Source: Epithemia pelagica
Lineage: Eukaryota > Protista > Bacillariophyta
DNA: 64,000 nucleotides
Assembly: GCA_946965045.2 (NCBI GenBank)
Contig: OX337239.1
Location: 558,001 to 622,000 of the forward strand
Reading direction: 5' to 3'
The position numbers were made by a program, and so were the translations under genes. This document shows, one piece after another, positions 1 through 9,310 of the stretch (its first letter is position 1; the number at the start of each line of letters is the position of its first letter). The notes beneath the pieces are model-generated. The model was not told the DNA's origin and searched no databases. It was given only the letters and a program-made list of their open reading frames with translations.

Positions 1-276
1 TGGCCGTCTCCCCTCAACTAGCAATATGTGCCTGGTAGTACGCGTTGTTCGGAAGATGGATCCATCCTTCCAAGATCACGGACGATCGTGGTTACGGAAG
101 TTGCCACGGATACAAAAGCCGGTCCATGAACATCTTCGAACTGCATCGCTACGGCTTATGGAGCCTAGGTAGTCCTGGAACGGTTTCATCTCAGGGTCCA
201 ACCTTTCCCAAGCTCACAAAAAATAAACTCATACGGTCCCCACTCCAGTTTCATACCAGAGCATAGCATTCCCAGC

Positions 277-1332
277 ATGTCAGCTGTTTCTGTTGCGAAA
301 ACAATGGCTCCTGTTGAGCTTCAGCTGGCGTGTTTGCAAGGAATGGCTGCATCAGGATTTAGTCCTTTTGCTCCTTCGACCTTTGCTAATGTCATGAATA
401 CCAATACGACTTTGAATTATCACTTGACAGGAACCTTCGTGGGATTGGACAATATCTTGGAGTATCTGAGTTTCTATTCCGGTGCCCTTTCGGAATCCAT
501 TGTACCATTGGGTGGTGTGTCGGATCCAGCCCAAGACTTGTCGCAATCGACGCCAGAAGAATGCGTTTTGATTGCCGGTGGGGGAGCCGAGATTCGGACA
601 CGTCCCTATTTTACCGCCGGTGGTGGTGGTGGAGGAGGAGGATGTATGCAGTCCACGTTGGGATCCGTCTACCGGTACAGTCTGAACCTTGAACCTGGCG
701 GTGGACCTCCCACAGGAATTACGCTCCATTCCTGCAAGGTGTGGACGCCAGACCGATACATGATGGATTATTTTGGCCTGTTGGATAGTGCCGCCACAGG
801 AGAGTACATTTGCGATGTCTTGGTCACCACGTGTGCCAAGCGCAGTCATGGCTGTGGCAAGGATCCAAAGGAGGGTCATCGCAATAAGCGAGAATTCTTG
901 CGTGGGCCATGTGACGACAACCAGGGCAACACCCAAGTCATTGCCGCCAGTAGCATTCCTGCTTCGAATGCCAGCACCACCACCAAGTACCAGCAAGCCA
1001 TGAATCAGTGCTTGAGCAAGTACCACAGTCTTCCCGCTATGACCAATACGTACTGGGCGGATGGAGATTCGAAATCTTGTCGCATGCTGCACGGTGTCTT
1101 TGCTCGTAAAAATTCCTTTCATTGTCCTCACACCACCTTTGCGTTTGAACCAGATCTGGATGGGAACAAGAAGTGCTTTCAAAGCTACCAAACCACGGTG
1201 CAAGACTTGTTCAATGCATACGAACTGGAGTTGTTGACTGCCATGGCCTTGCCGCCCTTGTCTGTGGAAAATGACAGCACGAGTGGACCTATTGCCTCAC
1301 GTGTCTTTTTCCACGACTGTCCAGCCAATTGA
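277..1332 (+). CDS. Hypothetical Cys-containing protein (351 aa), unknown function
   Basis: Long uninterrupted ORF with protein-like composition and a C-terminal C-x-x-L-H...H-C-P-H motif; no family recognised; an upstream exon is possible. Confidence 0.6.
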   Translation: MSAVSVAKTMAPVELQLACLQGMAASGFSPFAPSTFANVMNTNTTLNYHLTGTFVGLDNILEYLSFYSGALSESIVPLGGVSDPAQDLSQSTPEECVLIAGGGAEIRTRPYFTAGGGGGGGGCMQSTLGSVYRYSLNLEPGGGPPTGITLHSCKVWTPDRYMMDYFGLLDSAATGEYICDVLVTTCAKRSHGCGKDPKEGHRNKREFLRGPCDDNQGNTQVIAASSIPASNASTTTKYQQAMNQCLSKYHSLPAMTNTYWADGDSKSCRMLHGVFARKNSFHCPHTTFAFEPDLDGNKKCFQSYQTTVQDLFNAYELELLTAMALPPLSVENDSTSGPIASRVFFHDCPAN

Positions 1333-1393
1333 TCTCCATGAACGGACAAGAGCAAGACAGGAATCCATTCGTACCATCTAAACTTTCAATTGA

Positions 1394-1487
1394 TTATGCG
1401 TACAAATGTGTCCCAATAGATGCATGGCAATGACTTTGTTGCGGGTGATCATAATGATGAGATAGATGTCGCAATGCCAGAGCTTGG
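1394..1487 (-). pseudogene. Putative 3' end of the ankyrin-repeat gene, separated by copia element 1
   Basis: Removing 1488-6895 plus one CTTGG copy joins ...GVPAIH-Q-ALALRHL... in frame to a TAA at 1394-1396; depends on the frameshifted reading near 7040. Confidence 0.4.
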
Positions 1488-2243
1488 TGTTAGGATTCTC
1501 ACCTTTAACTAGGTGGTGGTGGAATCTACAACACATCGACTGATGCTAGTATTTTATGGCATCCGATGACATTTGTGTAAAAGTGAGAAAAGAATGACGG
1601 CATGCTCGCGGACCTTTAATTTTGGCCAAGGCATGCTCGCAATGCACGCGCTATCGGCGACCGCTCGGATATTGACTATGGCCCATCACGTGCGCGCCCA
1701 ATATTCTCAAGCGCGCGCAATCAAGATCCGAGTGAGCACCTCCACGACTTACCTCAACGACCTAAGTAATCAAAGCACGAATCACGATCACGCGAGACCA
1801 TATTTCCATTCCCACAATTCCAAGAATGCAATCAACAACGCGCCAAGAAAACTACCTATATCACAACAAAGCAAGAGCTGTTGGCATTGGTATATGATAT
1901 ACAACTGCATATACTTTCAATACAACAATGCAGGTCTACTCCAACCATTTGAGGACCTATCACACCAGATCCATGGCCGTATACAAGAGCCAGGACCTCG
2001 ACCTTCATCAAACACCTTAGTTAGTAATCATCTCACAATCATTAATATCACCATTTTAACACTCATCTTAAGACTAACCTCTTATCAGTGGACCGACTGC
2101 CCCCACCCACGGCGGACTTCGACTTGCAACTCTTCTCTGACCCGTGGAGGATTGTTGTATCGGTTGGTGATCGATTGTCGGCTCAGCGAGCCTTTTACCC
2201 AACTACCTATTACCCTTCTGAATTCTCAATGAGAGTTCTGCTA
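1488..2243 (+). repeat. 5' LTR of element 1 (TGTTAG...CTGCTA)
   Basis: Direct repeat of 6140-6895 (offset 4652); no difference seen by eye and the 219-aa spurious ORF translates identically in both. Confidence 0.95.
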
Positions 2244-2257
2244 GATTAACAGTCTCA
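2244..2257 (+). promoter_or_regulatory. Primer-binding site GATTAACAGTCTCA of element 1
   Basis: Immediately follows the 5' LTR; the same 14-mer follows the 5' LTR of element 2 (8175-8188) while the sequence after it diverges. Confidence 0.75.
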
Positions 2258-2628
2258 TCGCTCATTGCCCTGCAGTCGCATTGGAAAGCATACTTACCCA
2301 TCTACATTGAGTACAGATTGAGCTACACCAACAAACAAGAGTTAGAGGACAAAGCTACCCAACCCAACAACAGGGCCAGCCTGGCTAAGGCTAGGGTCAT
2401 CAACCCTCTCCTATTCCAGGACCTCAAGCTGGACCAGGACTTCGTGCAACTACCTTCCCAATACTCACCTGACCAGTACTTTGCTGAGGACTACGAGCAA
2501 GACGAGGAAGCTACCATTATTCCTGACTCCCCGGTTCAACTCGATCACCGCAACGAGTCCGGAAGTGACCAAGGATAAGTATCTTTAAGAAGTTTCCACA
2601 ACAAACCAGAGACGAAACCGAGTTCCGC

Positions 2629-2747
2629 ACATCCGGGTTCCCAGCACAACACACATCCGGGTTCTGACATCCGTGGCACACACGTGGTACATCCGGGTTC
2701 AGATCACACCACACATTAAATAAACAACGAACCAACCATATACTACC
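2629..2747 (+). promoter_or_regulatory. Conserved pre-gag cis block with three ACATCCGGGT motifs (element 1)
   Basis: ACATCCGGGT at 2629, 2653 and 2689, then CACACATTAAATAAAC...CGAACCAACC before the ATG; same arrangement at 9047-9310. Confidence 0.6.
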
Positions 2748-5522
2748 ATGGATCCAACATACCCCAAGACACCTTCTCTTCCTTCTAACGACTCAGTACC
2801 GCCTGACATATCAGATACACAAGTGTTCAATCATATCACCCAGCATCTATTTGAATGTGATGAAGAACGAGCTCAAGCCCTCCATCAATGGATAAAACAT
2901 AGTGGTTTCGAACACGTTCTGAATGTCATCGACTATCTTGCAGTCAATCCAGAAAAGAATATCAAGGACCTTGGACAATACAAGTATGGGAACAAGACGA
3001 TGGATCTGAAGACATTTACAAGGCATCAACTGAAGATCCTAGCACATTGGTCACGAGAACAAACCTCAACCCTGCAGCAGTCTGATTTACCTCGCTCTAC
3101 CTGGTTGAACCTCACCAAGGCCAATTATGATCATTGGAGAATCAATGCAGACTTCACCAAGCTCCGTCTGAACCAAGGTTGCATTTCGTCATTTCGTTTA
3201 GCAAAAAGAGAGGTGCTACGTCTTAACAACTACATCTCCAATCTTCGTCTCGATGATTCATGGCACGGCACAACCTATCAGTTTCTTCTCCACTTTCAAC
3301 ACCAATTCCATCTTCTCGACAATCTGGGATCAATGTTTGATCACATTCCCGGCCACTCCACTAGGATGACCTTCCTGATGAAAGCCGTTGAAAAGGTACC
3401 TGATTTACGACAAGTCAACATCTTGTCTGGTGCAAAGACACTTTGTTATCAATCATATTTCCGTCTTCTCCTTGATGCCGCATATGATCATGACCAAGCA
3501 ACTCGAGCACCAAAGTCTAACCGACTTAAGCATACCAAGCAATGCGACTTTCAATATGATCAAGATTTTGATATCAAAGATCTATCACCCAAAGAAAAAC
3601 ACCGCATGATTAAGAGAACTAACGTGAAGACCAAGGAATCATCTTCGCTTTGTCCAAAGATCAGTCTTCCAAGAAATCTATGGAGTAAACTCAACGACAA
3701 TGGTCGTCAAGTAATCATTGCGTACAACAAGTCTACCCAGAATGCGTCATCAACAACTGCATGCATGGAACAGACGCATACTCTTGACATTGATCCGGAA
3801 CCTGATCCCGACCCTGGTCATGCATGGATTGACGACATGATTCAAGATGATTCCCAAGACCATCAAGATAATTTCTTTGATCTGATTACCCGGTTGGTTC
3901 CACAAGTTGTGACCAATATTGATGTCAATCATCCAACATCTGATCTTGCTAATTTGGTGTCCAATACCAAGGCAACATCCATCCCTAATGATTGCCTCGA
4001 GAACAACAACTGTAAACAGAAAGTTGAGATATCTCGACATCTGCTCTCTCGCATGTCTACTTTCTCCGGTGACAATCAATTGACTGGCTATAATCATTGG
4101 TATCTTGATCCCATGCAAGATACGGCACCTTCTTCGAGGACTGTTGAAAATGATGGTAATCCGAATGATGCTTTTGGGAAGTATACCAATCGTGTTGTCT
4201 GTAACCTCAACCTTCTCTTGGATTTACCTTACGATCATGGACCTGATACGCCTTCCTTCTACACACCCATACTTGGAGAGTACTGTTCCAAATCATACCT
4301 CCAAGATCAGAACATGGCTGAGAACCGTTATCAGACCGCTAAGAGGACAACATCCGTCGTGACCATTTCGGGCCATATCCCTCTTGAGATCCTCAATGGT
4401 CGCCCACCCGGCATTACCCACCCTCTTTTCTTCCTTATTTGGGACAAGGCCCCCTACTTTACCGAATCATATGCCCTCTCCCACCGTCCCTACCGTCCCT
4501 ACCCTCCCTCTTTTGTCACGACACTTGGCTACTGGCTTGTTTTTGCCCCTCCTATTGGTGATACTTTGTCTCTGGACACTCAAACCCTTTGTTACTCTGC
4601 CATTCTTCATGATGCACCCACGCCACCCAGCAACCTTTGTGTGGATACCTCTTCAGGGGAGGAATCGCTTCCAAGTGAACCCAACGGCAAGCAAGCTGAC
4701 ATTGTTTTCATTTGTAGCAAAGGTGAAGATCCATCCACGCAAATTCCAACGATCAAACATGATGACACTATTGGACAACCTTTCCTTGTTTATGATCCAG
4801 AGGAAAATGGGGAGCAACGACAACCGTATAATGGGGAGCAACCACAACCGTGTCTTATAAGATGCGTCATTGATTTAGAACAAGATGCTCTCAAGCAAGA
4901 AGACTGTATCAAGTACACTTTCTGCAAATCCATTTCCGACATTGACAAGATAATTTCATACCGTCAACATATGGAATACATCAAACAGGACAACCAAGCA
5001 CAGGAAACTGAAGATGACGTTTTCCAGTTCAGAGACGTTGTTGCAGATCAAGAACCGCCAAGTATTAGCAACAATCCTGACTACAAAAGAAGTCACTGTA
5101 ATATACTTGTTGATTGGGAGACTGGGGAGATGATCTATGAGCCTCCGTCACTCATGGTAAATGATACCTATGCCAAGAAACATGATCTATTAAATGAACT
5201 TGGATGGAAACATCTCAAGCGTTTTGTCAAGACCAGTAAATGCCTTGTTCAAGCTGCCAAACAGCAGTCAAGAATCAAGCAAGTCTGTCGTTCCATCAAG
5301 TACAAGTTTGGTTATCAAGTTTCAATGACAAATGAAGAATTAGTTGTTTTGTTAGACAAGCAACATGGTAAAAGAAAGTGGCACGACACTACTGAAGTTG
5401 AGCTCTTTCAGGCTTCACAGATCCAATCCCTCACAAAAGTCAAGGATTGCGTTCAAGCTCAGTTCAAGAGAAGGGAAATGATAAATGCATCACCAGAAGA
5501 GTATCACAAGAACAAGATTTGA
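2748..5522 (+). CDS. Degenerate Gag-Pol remnant (924 aa); protease and integrase cores deleted
   Basis: Segments align colinearly and in one frame with the 1877-aa polyprotein (LAKREVLRL, CYQSYFRLLLDAAYDHDQAT, RVVCNLNLLLDLPYDHGPD, AENRYQT, VDWETGE); the DRGAN protease motif and the integrase catalytic Asp region are missing. Confidence 0.75.
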   Translation: MDPTYPKTPSLPSNDSVPPDISDTQVFNHITQHLFECDEERAQALHQWIKHSGFEHVLNVIDYLAVNPEKNIKDLGQYKYGNKTMDLKTFTRHQLKILAHWSREQTSTLQQSDLPRSTWLNLTKANYDHWRINADFTKLRLNQGCISSFRLAKREVLRLNNYISNLRLDDSWHGTTYQFLLHFQHQFHLLDNLGSMFDHIPGHSTRMTFLMKAVEKVPDLRQVNILSGAKTLCYQSYFRLLLDAAYDHDQATRAPKSNRLKHTKQCDFQYDQDFDIKDLSPKEKHRMIKRTNVKTKESSSLCPKISLPRNLWSKLNDNGRQVIIAYNKSTQNASSTTACMEQTHTLDIDPEPDPDPGHAWIDDMIQDDSQDHQDNFFDLITRLVPQVVTNIDVNHPTSDLANLVSNTKATSIPNDCLENNNCKQKVEISRHLLSRMSTFSGDNQLTGYNHWYLDPMQDTAPSSRTVENDGNPNDAFGKYTNRVVCNLNLLLDLPYDHGPDTPSFYTPILGEYCSKSYLQDQNMAENRYQTAKRTTSVVTISGHIPLEILNGRPPGITHPLFFLIWDKAPYFTESYALSHRPYRPYPPSFVTTLGYWLVFAPPIGDTLSLDTQTLCYSAILHDAPTPPSNLCVDTSSGEESLPSEPNGKQADIVFICSKGEDPSTQIPTIKHDDTIGQPFLVYDPEENGEQRQPYNGEQPQPCLIRCVIDLEQDALKQEDCIKYTFCKSISDIDKIISYRQHMEYIKQDNQAQETEDDVFQFRDVVADQEPPSISNNPDYKRSHCNILVDWETGEMIYEPPSLMVNDTYAKKHDLLNELGWKHLKRFVKTSKCLVQAAKQQSRIKQVCRSIKYKFGYQVSMTNEELVVLLDKQHGKRKWHDTTEVELFQASQIQSLTKVKDCVQAQFKRREMINASPEEYHKNKI

Positions 5523-6146
5523 ATCTATCTTGTAAAACATGATGATAGCCGCCCAGCACTTCTCATCACAGACGAGGCTTTTACCAAAGAACCGGTTGAG
5601 GCAATCTTTTTGTGTACTACTTCCATTCACAACTTCCATACAACCACCTGTCTTGGGATTCTCAATGATATGGATATATGGGGAGCAAAAGTTGGAATTG
5701 CACACGACCCGGAAGCTTTATCTGGAGAGAAGATCTTGATAGTTGCAAGACAAGAACTCAAGGAATCAGGTCACATCTTGATTACGCACAAGGCCTCCAA
5801 GGGATTAAAATCTTCAGGAGCATGTCGGCGTGACTGTTTCTTTGACACCCCAATTGATATGGATTTGTCACCAACTAAAGCAGATCCCAATGTTTGGATG
5901 AAGAAGGCACCTGGGGAGCATAGCTCAAAGGGCACCGATAAGACCTACCAACTGAAGAATGATGAACTGATTACTTATTGCCTGAGATATCCCTATGAGA
6001 GCGTCCGGGATACATTGTCAGTAAGCATTGGAAATTCTCGAAAGTATGGACCACGTTCAAGATCATATTCTTCTGGGGAGGAAACGTTCAGAAGCATGAC
6101 AAGGAAAATAACAATCCTCACTCGACGAATTGTGGGGAGTGTTAGG
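5523..6146 (+). pseudogene. Truncated RT/RNase H remnant of element 1
   Basis: The same frame continues after the TGA at 5520-5522 (TKEPVE, DIWGA, GLKSSG, ADPNVWM); YVDD and most of RNase H are missing; the terminal SKHW...CGEC* lies in a shifted frame. Confidence 0.85.
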
Positions 6147-6895
6147 ATTCTCACCTTTAACTAGGTGGTGGTGGAATCTACAACACATCGACTGATGCTA
6201 GTATTTTATGGCATCCGATGACATTTGTGTAAAAGTGAGAAAAGAATGACGGCATGCTCGCGGACCTTTAATTTTGGCCAAGGCATGCTCGCAATGCACG
6301 CGCTATCGGCGACCGCTCGGATATTGACTATGGCCCATCACGTGCGCGCCCAATATTCTCAAGCGCGCGCAATCAAGATCCGAGTGAGCACCTCCACGAC
6401 TTACCTCAACGACCTAAGTAATCAAAGCACGAATCACGATCACGCGAGACCATATTTCCATTCCCACAATTCCAAGAATGCAATCAACAACGCGCCAAGA
6501 AAACTACCTATATCACAACAAAGCAAGAGCTGTTGGCATTGGTATATGATATACAACTGCATATACTTTCAATACAACAATGCAGGTCTACTCCAACCAT
6601 TTGAGGACCTATCACACCAGATCCATGGCCGTATACAAGAGCCAGGACCTCGACCTTCATCAAACACCTTAGTTAGTAATCATCTCACAATCATTAATAT
6701 CACCATTTTAACACTCATCTTAAGACTAACCTCTTATCAGTGGACCGACTGCCCCCACCCACGGCGGACTTCGACTTGCAACTCTTCTCTGACCCGTGGA
6801 GGATTGTTGTATCGGTTGGTGATCGATTGTCGGCTCAGCGAGCCTTTTACCCAACTACCTATTACCCTTCTGAATTCTCAATGAGAGTTCTGCTA
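6140..6895 (+). repeat. 3' LTR of element 1
   Basis: Direct repeat of 1488-2243, preceded by the PPT and followed by TSD CTTGG. Confidence 0.95.
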
Positions 6896-7391
6896 CTTGG
6901 TGAATAGCCGGAACACCAATGCTTTGCTCTTCCAGGTCTATGCAAACTTCGAGGCCCTTTTCATAGTCCGACTCGTCATCTGAGTTAAAGTCGTAGTGCT
7001 GTGGGCAGTTTTTCGCATCCAAATACGCCAGGATATGCTTCAGCCTTATCATAGGTCCTTCCCTCCCAGGGACATCCATTCTCATGAGCATATTGGAGAC
7101 AGTCTACATGACCTCCTTCGGCTGCAGCTGCACACGTCCTTTCGTCCCATGGACATTGCATTTCATGAGCATACCGCAGAGTCTCCAAATTCCCTGCTTT
7201 GGCGGCTCCTGCACATGTTCCTGCATTTACGGGACAGCCTTGTTCCAAGAGATATTTCAAGGTCTCCAAATGTCCATTGTACGCAGCCACTCGGCAGACA
7301 TCTTCGTCCCACGAACAGCCAAATTCGTGGGCAAACTTGAGACAGTCCAATTCACCGCTGAGAGCGGCATTACGGTAGGTATATCGATCCC
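6896..7391 (-). pseudogene. Middle/C-terminal fragment of an ankyrin-repeat gene, between the two copia insertions
   Basis: Repeats such as CAAAAEGGHVDCLQYAHENGCPW; continues in frame from ...LEKGCPWD (15722) into RYTYRNAALSGELDCLK once element 2 is removed. Confidence 0.88.
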
Positions 7392-8174
7392 TGTTAGAAT
7401 TCTCACCGTCTATGGTGGTTAGATTCTACATCTCATCGATTCCCCATGTCACATAGCCTCGTGCTATCGCATCATGCCCTCTAGCTTCGAGCTATGTTTC
7501 CTAGCTTCGCGCTATATCGACCTATATTTCTTCGCAAATCATGAAAAGTGAGAATAGATTGACGAACTCACTCTCAAGACTAAACTGGGTCGTGCGGTAT
7601 TACAACGGACATAAATTTGGCCGTTGCTCGGACATTATACTAACGCCCTAAGCGTACGCGCCCGAAATCATCGAGCGCGCCCAAGCGACATCCGAGCGCT
7701 ATCGGCATCTATCCGATCCAACGGTCTAAGTATCCCAAGCACGACACACGATCACGCGAGACCATATTTCCATTCCCACAATCTCCAAATTGTCAACAAG
7801 CTGCGCGCCATGAAAACAACTATGCCAACCCAAAGCAAGAGCTGTTGACCCTGTATATGTTATCCGCCCACATATACATGTCATATACATCACATGAATC
7901 AACTCCAACTATTCCAAACCTGTTGCCGCCAAGAACCTATGACACATGACCCTTGGCAGGACCGAACATTTCACGTAGACCTATCGTAGTAATCAACACA
8001 CAATCTAACAATATCACCATTTATCACATCCTCTTTTGTGTCCCGACTATCCTTCTGATAGACTTCGACTTGCTTGCTTCTCTGACCCTGAGAAGCTTGT
8101 ATCGGTTGGTGACCTACCTGATTGTCTGCTCTACCGAGCATCAATGTCCCTACGATTCAGAAAGAATTGTAACA
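7392..8174 (+). repeat. 5' LTR of element 2
   Basis: Direct repeat of 14939-15721 (offset 7547), no difference seen; shares blocks such as GATCACGCGAGACCATATTTCCATTCCCACAAT with the element 1 LTR. Confidence 0.96.
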
Positions 8175-8188
8175 GATTAACAGTCTCA
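8175..8188 (+). promoter_or_regulatory. Primer-binding site GATTAACAGTCTCA of element 2
   Basis: Adjacent to the LTR end TAACA; identical to 2244-2257. Confidence 0.75.
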
Positions 8189-8210
8189 AAGCTTATTTCC
8201 TTGTGGTTTC

Positions 8211-8990
8211 ATGGATACTAACGAGATTATCACTCCTGTACGACAGATCTATCGAGCCAACCTGCATCCCGGGCAGCCCGATACCCTGGTGCAGCAGGAA
8301 CTGGTGCCGACGCCGAAGGCAGCCAACACATCGGTCAACATCTCCGTCGACAGTTCCAACAGCAACCCATTCGAGACTCCAACCCAGCCTCACGCTCCGA
8401 TCCCTGCGCCGTTGCTTCGGCCCCCGAGTCCGCCTCGTCGGCTCGTCCCTTCTCGATCCCGTCGTACCACCCGGTTGATTGCTGATCATATCAAGTACTT
8501 CCGCCAACCAACTTGTTCGACCTTCGATCCCGAGATCATCCGTGGGGAGACCCAGATCGAACGCCAGTTCCAATCGGTGACCCACATCGTCGACCAAGAA
8601 GACATTGACCGTCTGAACGACCAACTTCACCGCTCTCCGAGGCGTCGCCTCATCTTTGCCGCCCTCTCGGGCAACCCCATCCGTACTGTCCACCTCCGCT
8701 TCCTAACCTTCGAGCGCCCAACTGGATACTACAATACCATCTACGTCGTGAACGCGACGACTTGCCCTCTGCCTCCTAACGTTGTACGCCTAGATAACTA
8801 CGTTGCCTACATCCACGAGGTCCATACCATCGAGGACCATCGTGCAACTATCTACCCTTTGCGTACCGAGGTCGAGAACCACCTGGCTGAAGGTGATACC
8901 CCTTCTTCTGTTGCTTGTGCTGCCCCATCTGAGCCTGGAAGCGACTCTGATCATTCGGAAGAGGGTGAGGATTCGGAGACCGAAGCTTAA
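8211..8990 (+). CDS. Extra upstream ORF (259 aa) inside element 2, unknown function
   Basis: ATG-initiated sense ORF between PBS and gag; Pro-rich N-terminus, globular-looking middle, acidic tail. Confidence 0.6.
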   Translation: MDTNEIITPVRQIYRANLHPGQPDTLVQQELVPTPKAANTSVNISVDSSNSNPFETPTQPHAPIPAPLLRPPSPPRRLVPSRSRRTTRLIADHIKYFRQPTCSTFDPEIIRGETQIERQFQSVTHIVDQEDIDRLNDQLHRSPRRRLIFAALSGNPIRTVHLRFLTFERPTGYYNTIYVVNATTCPLPPNVVRLDNYVAYIHEVHTIEDHRATIYPLRTEVENHLAEGDTPSSVACAAPSEPGSDSDHSEEGEDSETEA

Positions 8991-9046
8991 TTACTCATAG
9001 TTAACTCCCGTCCTCTCAAAACCTTTCCAAGACTTAAACTCAACGC

Positions 9047-9310
9047 ACATCCGGGTACCCTTGGTCGCACAACACGCCACACATTCCCGTCAAATCGCGA
9101 AAATTCGGCGAAAATTTGTTGAAACTCGGCGAAAATTTGTCGAAATCAACGGAAATTTCCAGGAGTCGCACATCACAACACACATCCGGGTATCACATAC
9201 GTGGTACATACGTGGCACACGTGGTACATCCGGGTTCACATCACATCACACATTAAATAAACCACATCACACCGCACATTAAATAAACATCGAACCAACC
9301 AAATAACACC
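9047..9310 (+). promoter_or_regulatory. Conserved pre-gag cis block with three ACATCCGGGT motifs (element 2)
   Basis: ACATCCGGGT at 9047, 9182 and 9226; CACGTGGTACATCCGGGTTCA and CACATTAAATAAAC shared with 2629-2747. Confidence 0.6.

Larger units (their letters stand above)
1488..6895 (+). mobile_element. Non-autonomous Ty1/copia (CoDi-like) LTR retrotransposon, element 1
   Basis: 756-bp direct repeats at 1488-2243 and 6140-6895; 5-bp TSD CTTGG at 1483-1487 and 6896-6900; PBS at 2244-2257; polypurine tract TGTGGGGAG at 6131-6139; internal ORF is a deleted homologue of the 9311-14944 polyprotein. Confidence 0.93.

Noticed and set aside
1573-2232. 219-aa ORF, duplicated at 6225-6884
   Set aside because: Lies wholly within the LTR, begins at a non-ATG codon and has no protein motifs; its identity simply reflects LTR identity
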